Shown one piece after another: positions 6,316 to 10,046 of a DNA stretch of 10,046 bases. The notes under the pieces are model-generated. The model was not told the origin of the DNA, did not search any database, and worked only from the letters and a program-made list of their open reading frames with translations. This stretch comes from an uncultured Methanosarcinales archaeon (GTDB taxonomy: Archaea; Nanobdellota; Nanobdellia; Woesearchaeales; JAGVZT01): contig CAYQPU010000043.1 of the NCBI GenBank assembly GCA_964419615.1, forward strand, positions 1 through 10,046, given 5' to 3'. A program made the translations under genes and the position numbers. Each line of letters starts with the position of its first letter. Positions within the stretch are counted from its first letter, which is position 1.

Positions 6316-6606
6316 TTAGCCTTCAAATTGTTCTGTTTCAATACATGCGTATCCTTGGAGTAAATCAAAGTCTAGTCCCACATGTTCATTTGAAAACTTT
6401 TTATCACTAAAATCAAGTATGATTGGGTCAGTTACAACTGCCAATTTTCCACACAATTGTACTTTGTTTAGTTCAGAATAAGGATCAAAATCTTTATGAT
6501 CTTCATAGAATGAAGCTAATCTTTCATGTGGAGGATGTCTATCTGAAATTAATATTGCATGTTCTATTCCATTAAACTCAAATGTTGTTGCATATGCTTG
6601 TCCCAT
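6316..6606 (-). CDS. Hypothetical protein (probably the N-terminal part of the same gene)
   Basis: 96-aa ORF in the same frame as 5527..6309; junction reads QFEG*VDVLAIGFD. Confidence 0.6.
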   Translation of the reverse strand: MGQAYATTFEFNGIEHAILISDRHPPHERLASFYEDHKDFDPYSELNKVQLCGKLAVVTDPIILDFSDKKFSNEHVGLDFDLLQGYACIETEQFEG

Positions 6607-6690
6607 ATATGAATTAGAGGTTGGATGAGGCTTATTTTACTTGCACCCATATGATAAGTATAGTAATTATTTTTGGTTGTTTAGTAATAA

Positions 6691-6698
6691 TTTATATA
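6691..6698 (+). promoter_or_regulatory. TATA box, leaderless
   Basis: TTTATATA with 22 nt to the ATG at 6721. Confidence 0.7.
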
Positions 6699-6720
6699 TA
6701 GAATTTGATTCCCTTTACTT

Positions 6721-7245
6721 ATGTTTCATATTAATCAAATGTTGAAGGCCAAAAAAACATTGAAATCTTCCTTGCTCGAGTTAAAACTACCTGAAACTTA
6801 TGTTGGAGCAACTGTACATGACTTTCTAAAGGAAAGCAAAAAGGGTACTATTCAAACTACAAGTTATCTAAAATCTTGGGGTTGGAGTTTGGCCGGTAAT
6901 CAAGCTGGAGAATTTCTTGTTGGTAAAGCTATGGTTTATTTGCTTCGTACAGAATACAAAAAGAGCAGCGACCATTTTGGCCATATTAAAGATAGAGGAG
7001 TTGGTCCTCTTGAAGAAATAATGCTAAAAATCCATTATCCTAATGCAAGAATGCAAATAGATGAGGAACAGGGAATTGGTTTTGACAAATGGTATCGTGT
7101 TGATGCAATTTGTTTTTTTTATGATCCAACAAAACCAATTCAAGAATCAGAATTACACCTTGTTGCTAGAAATATGACTTATCCTGATGAACCTTTAAAT
7201 GAACAAAACGCTTTGAGTTATATGGGGGCTATGTCTTTAGGTTAG
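6721..7245 (+). CDS. Hypothetical protein
   Basis: 174-aa ORF with a canonical TATA spacing; no confident family. Confidence 0.78.
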   Translation: MFHINQMLKAKKTLKSSLLELKLPETYVGATVHDFLKESKKGTIQTTSYLKSWGWSLAGNQAGEFLVGKAMVYLLRTEYKKSSDHFGHIKDRGVGPLEEIMLKIHYPNARMQIDEEQGIGFDKWYRVDAICFFYDPTKPIQESELHLVARNMTYPDEPLNEQNALSYMGAMSLG

Positions 7246-7265
7246 AAATAGTTTTTCTAATTATT

Positions 7266-7273
7266 AAATAAAA
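7266..7273 (-). terminator. T-rich tract after the tRNA
   Basis: Minus strand TTTTATTT directly follows discriminator A73, consistent with archaeal oligo(T) termination. Confidence 0.45.
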
Positions 7274-7467
7274 TGGACAGGCCGGGACTTTCAAAATCTT
7301 TTAACAGCTTGGGTGGTGATTATCTAGTTTTCAAGCACATCACCGCATGGGACTGCAAGTCCCATTACTTTTGGTGCAACTTTTGCAACAAAGCTGGAAA
7401 AGGTGCATTTGAACCCGGGGCCTATCGCCAGCCAGACGATCGTTCTACCGAGCTGAACTACCTGCCC
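7274..7467 (-). tRNA. trnA: tRNA-Ala(GGC) with a 120-nt intron at position 59/60; exons 7467-7408 and 7287-7274; CCA not encoded
   Basis: Acceptor GGGCAGG/CCTGTCC with G3-U70 (Ala identity) and A73; D arm GTTC/GAAC; anticodon arm ATCGT-CTGGCTG-GCGAT; variable AGGCC; T stem CCGGG/CCCGG with loop TTCAAA^T. Spliced length 74 nt. Confidence 0.9.
7288..7407 (-). other. Archaeal tRNA intron at non-canonical T-loop position, with BHB-type splice motif
   Basis: Central 4-bp helix TTCA/TGAA flanked by 3-nt bulges AA^T and AG^T. Intron ends pair (CTTTT/AAAAG, CAGCTT/AAGCTG); the helix next to the first bulge is weak (relaxed BHB). Confidence 0.82.
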
Positions 7468-7491
7468 ATAATTTGATAAAATTTGTTTTGG

Positions 7492-7506
7492 TATATATTA
7501 TTTTTT
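7492..7506 (-). promoter_or_regulatory. BRE/TATA promoter of the tRNA
   Basis: Minus strand AAAAAA-TAATATATA ends 24 nt before G1. Confidence 0.7.
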
Positions 7507-7541
7507 ATTATGTTTGCAAAACTTCCACCAAAAACAATCCT

Positions 7542-7654
7542 CGTGACAATAATAACTCCTTGTCAATCTTGCGCTTTGAGTTGATGCTTTTTTCTAGGGG
7601 AATATCAGCAAGCGAGATAATCAGTCACGTCGTGCATTTCTCTGGATGAACTGC
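7542..7654. other. Relatively GC/CpG-rich intergenic segment with several stems; ncRNA or gene remnant
   Basis: TGACAA/TTGTCA, CGTGAC/GTCACG, ATCTTGC/GCGAGAT and GTTGAT/ATCAGC pairings. Confidence 0.3.
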
Positions 7655-7667
7655 TAAAGAAATAATT

Positions 7668-7674
7668 AAAAAAA
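7668..7674 (-). terminator. Oligo(T)7 terminator of the antiporter-PepSY operon
   Basis: TTTTTTT on the minus strand 3 nt after the TAA at 7678-7680. Confidence 0.6.
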
Positions 7675-7677
7675 TGT

Positions 7678-8175
7678 TTAAGACTTACCTTTATCAAAGC
7701 TAAACAATGGTTTAAGACTATCTTCAACAATTTCTCCTGAATTAGAATCAACTTTAATATTTAATACATCCAAAGTGTGTCCAACAAAAGTTAGGTTCCA
7801 TACTTGTCCTACTTCAAGTTTTTGTAAGATGATGATGGTTTTGTTTGTTATTAGCTTAGGGTATTTGTTTGCTTTGAATTCTTTTGCTTTGTCTATTGAA
7901 TCAAGAAAATCAATTTTGATTATATCCTGATTAAGTGCTGGTATGTCTTGTGATTTTTTTAGTACATCATCTGAGGGTAACTTTTCAATCTTATCTCCAA
8001 CTTCAAATACAGTTATCTTGTCTGTTTCCTTGTTATAGTAACCCAACTGCCAGTTATCAAGTTTGTGGTTATCAATTCCATTGAATAAGTGTGTTAATTT
8101 AGCTTTGTCTTTTTCTTCCCATTGTTTGAAAAGTTCAGAGCTTTCTACTTTGTTTATTATTTCCTTGATCTTCAT
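7678..8175 (-). CDS. Conserved-looking hypothetical protein with a C-terminal PepSY-like domain
   Basis: 165 aa; C-terminal VWNLTFVGHTLDVLNIKVDSNSGEIV fits the PepSY W-x-V...x-I-x-V-D-A-x-x-G-x-I pattern; ATGA overlap with the antiporter stop. Confidence 0.75.
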   Translation of the reverse strand: MKIKEIINKVESSELFKQWEEKDKAKLTHLFNGIDNHKLDNWQLGYYNKETDKITVFEVGDKIEKLPSDDVLKKSQDIPALNQDIIKIDFLDSIDKAKEFKANKYPKLITNKTIIILQKLEVGQVWNLTFVGHTLDVLNIKVDSNSGEIVEDSLKPLFSFDKGKS

Positions 8176-9380
8176 TTGGTATAGTACTTATTTACATAGA
8201 AGCGAAAAAACATCGGACTTATAATTGTTGTGATAAATGCCATGAATACTAATGCGGAGAATAATTCAACTGTTATTAGATTATTTTGTCTGGCGATTTC
8301 TGCAGCAACTAATTCAATTGCTCCTCGTGTGTTAAGACCCCAACCAAGAGTTAGCCCTTCAATTAGACTTCCTTTTCCAATCCATTCTCCAATTAACGCT
8401 CCCAGCAATTTACCTGCAAAGGCTGCTATTGTGATTCCGATTCCCAAAACTGGGTTTATTAGTAAAAATGAGAAGTTACCATGCATTCCAACCCAGATAA
8501 AAAAGAAAGGTGCAATAAATCCAAAAGTTGTGATTTCCATTACTTCTGTTAACTGCTCTTGCACTTTCTTTTTTATTTTACTCTGCTGGAATGCATATCT
8601 CATTATCATTCCTGCAAGTAATGCTCCAAGTACTGATCCAATCCCCAGATATTCTGATGCAATTGCCATGAATAAGCTGAGTATTAGGGATACAATGAAT
8701 AGGTCTATTTTTGGTTGTCGCCTGCTTATGAATTTCATCATTAGTGGTACGATGATGTATCCTGAAATGTAAACTAGTAAAAAGAAAACAATGATGTCAA
8801 AAATTATTATGAATAATCCATAAACTGGGCTTTGGACAAAGTGAACAAATGTTATAAGGATTGAAATAAGAAATGCCTCAACAACATTATCTAAGATATC
8901 TGCACCAATGATTTTTTTTGCCAATGATGATTTTGCTATGTTTAGCTGACTTAATATATCAAGTGAAACTGTTTCTGCTGTAACTGATAAGATGCCACCG
9001 ACAATTATTCCAGCAAGATTTGGACGAGCTATTTGTAAAAAACCAAATCTGTAAAGAAGTTTTATGGATAAGAAACCTAAGATAAAAGGGACTACTGCTG
9101 AAAATACTGCTATGTAGATTGATTTTTTTGATTGGTCAACTTCAGATAGATCTAGCTTCATTCCCACAAAGAACATTAAAAATATTAAACCTAAATCAGC
9201 AAATGTCTTGATTATTTGAAGTGAGACATCATCAAATAAGTATTGCTGGATGATTGGTAAGCCTAATAACAATCCAACAAATAATGCACCCAAAACTCTT
9301 GGCAGTTTTAATCCTTCAAAGAGTTCTGAGAGTAGGTATGATGCTGTAAGTGAAACTAGAATTATGATTAGTGCATCCAT
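8172..9380 (-). CDS. Cation:proton antiporter, CPA2 family (NapA/KefB-like membrane domain, no KTN domain)
   Basis: 402 aa, ~12-13 TM helices; LGLIFLMFFVGMKLDL, FIAPFFFIWVG, GKLLG and GWGLNTRGAIEL motifs. Confidence 0.93.
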   Translation of the reverse strand: MDALIIILVSLTASYLLSELFEGLKLPRVLGALFVGLLLGLPIIQQYLFDDVSLQIIKTFADLGLIFLMFFVGMKLDLSEVDQSKKSIYIAVFSAVVPFILGFLSIKLLYRFGFLQIARPNLAGIIVGGILSVTAETVSLDILSQLNIAKSSLAKKIIGADILDNVVEAFLISILITFVHFVQSPVYGLFIIIFDIIVFFLLVYISGYIIVPLMMKFISRRQPKIDLFIVSLILSLFMAIASEYLGIGSVLGALLAGMIMRYAFQQSKIKKKVQEQLTEVMEITTFGFIAPFFFIWVGMHGNFSFLLINPVLGIGITIAAFAGKLLGALIGEWIGKGSLIEGLTLGWGLNTRGAIELVAAEIARQNNLITVELFSALVFMAFITTIISPMFFRFYVNKYYTK

Positions 9381-9384
9381 TGTT

Positions 9385-9390
9385 ACCTCT
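9385..9390 (-). promoter_or_regulatory. Shine-Dalgarno site of the antiporter
   Basis: Minus strand AGAGGT-AACA-ATG; TATAAATA box at about 9415-9422. Confidence 0.6.
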
Positions 9391-9436
9391 TTTTAGTTGA
9401 TTTTAGAATTGGGTATATTTATAGTTTGTTATACTA

Positions 9437-9982
9437 TCAGTCTGGAAAAGATGCAATTACTTCTTCAATGTTTTCTGGAAGCCTAACTGTAAATACAGAT
9501 ATGTCATGTTCTGTTCTTTCATATGAAACTGAACCTCCATACATTTCTGAAAATTGTTTAACACCATTCAGACTAGGGCTATGCGGGTGTGATCTTATAA
9601 ATCCGGACTCCCACATACTTGTTTCGTCATACCCAGGCCCATTATCTGTTATGGTAATTACATAATCAGGATCTCTGTGTAACTTTACAGCAATATATGG
9701 AACCATTCTATCAAGAATTCTTTTATCATACCTACCTACTAAAACATCATCCATCTGATTTAATTCTAGTATCCTAACAAATGCAATATCAATTAATGTA
9801 CCAAAAGTATATGTACCTGCTTGGCCTGCATCACACCTATCAAGAATTGCAGGATATTCTGAGTTATCAATATCAAGCGAAGTAATGAATCTTTGATTTT
9901 CTTTTCTTACATAGTTTGCAAATAAGTCAGTGAATTTAAATGCTTTTCCAACAAGGTCCTTTATTGAATATTTTTCTTCCAT
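9437..9982 (-). CDS. Stand-alone GHKL/HATPase_c (histidine-kinase-like ATPase) domain protein, degenerate
   Basis: VITITDNGPG (D/G1 box) and MYGGSVSYE...SVFTVRLP (terminal strands); the N box reads TLIDIAF and the G2 box reads SPSLNGV; TTTAAATT about 20 nt upstream. Confidence 0.8.
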   Translation of the reverse strand: MEEKYSIKDLVGKAFKFTDLFANYVRKENQRFITSLDIDNSEYPAILDRCDAGQAGTYTFGTLIDIAFVRILELNQMDDVLVGRYDKRILDRMVPYIAVKLHRDPDYVITITDNGPGYDETSMWESGFIRSHPHSPSLNGVKQFSEMYGGSVSYERTEHDISVFTVRLPENIEEVIASFPD

Positions 9983-10046
9983 TACAGGAGAGAATGTAAT
10001 TAAATTTAAATAATTATTGCCTTAGAAACTTGGAATGGAAAATGTT

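Larger units (their letters stand above)
5527..6606 (-). pseudogene. Alternative interpretation: one 359-codon gene interrupted by a single TAA (nonsense allele or base-call error)
   Basis: The two ORFs are in frame and separated only by TAA-GTT-GAT. Confidence 0.5.

Noticed and set aside
6597-6656. Near-duplicate start context (minus strand TCATATGGGTGCAAG vs TCATATATGGGACAAG) with an out-of-frame upstream ATG at 6650
   Set aside because: The match is short, imperfect and AT-rich, with too little support for a duplication or regulatory uORF.
7090-7170. PD-(D/E)xK-like look of RVDAI...ELHLV in ORF 6721-7245
   Set aside because: The ExK lysine is absent and the pattern is too generic to support a nuclease call.
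7274-7287. att-site duplication of the tRNA 3' end (integrated element)
   Set aside because: No second copy of the 3' exon, and no integrase or transposase, was found in the window.
7310-7345. Box C/D guide RNA inside the tRNA intron (GTGATGT resembles box C)
   Set aside because: There is no CUGA box D in a suitable position, and the GGTGAT is tied up in a stem with ATCACC.
7273-7476. 67-aa + strand ORF
   Set aside because: It is antisense to tRNA-Ala and its intron; a shadow ORF.
8230-9665. + strand ORFs 8230-8772 and 9426-9665
   Set aside because: They are antisense shadows of the antiporter and HATPase genes.
1-10046. Stop-codon reassignment as an explanation for the two in-frame stops
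   Set aside because: The two stops differ (TGA and TAA), all other genes are intact under code 11, and TGA terminates genes at 587-589, 8172-8174 and 9437-9439.
1-10046. CRISPR array, rRNA genes, IS transposases
   Set aside because: No regularly spaced repeats, rRNA signatures or transposase motifs were seen.

Overview
AT-rich archaeal genomic DNA, most consistent with a DPANN lineage (Woesearchaeota/Pacearchaeota-like; the taxonomy is inference). The archaeal evidence is BRE/TATA promoters 20-22 nt before start codons, GGTGATC/GAGGT Shine-Dalgarno sites, a stand-alone Lrp/AsnC ligand-binding gene, and a tRNA with a bulge-helix-bulge intron. The genetic code is standard: TGA is a stop, shown by an ATGA overlap and a TGA-TAG double stop. 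Recognisable genes are a HAD hydrolase + HIT hydrolase pair, a demi-Lrp, an EamA/DMT transporter, a CPA2 cation:proton antiporter + PepSY-like protein pair, a degenerate stand-alone HATPase_c protein and tRNA-Ala(GGC). The rest are hypothetical ORFs, two of which seem interrupted by a single in-frame stop. The most unusual items are non-coding or sub-genic. (1) A ~150-nt nested-stem element (2858-3010) overlaps the stop codon of an ORF with weak PemK/MazF-like motifs. (2) The tRNA-Ala has a 120-nt intron in the T-loop (59/60) that folds into its own cloverleaf carrying an Ala(UGC) anticodon-arm mimic, while the host anticodon loop has an abnormal U37. (3) A 45-bp twin-hairpin palindromic element appears inserted in frame into the HIT gene's N-terminus. 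All calls are by eye, without database searches or folding software.
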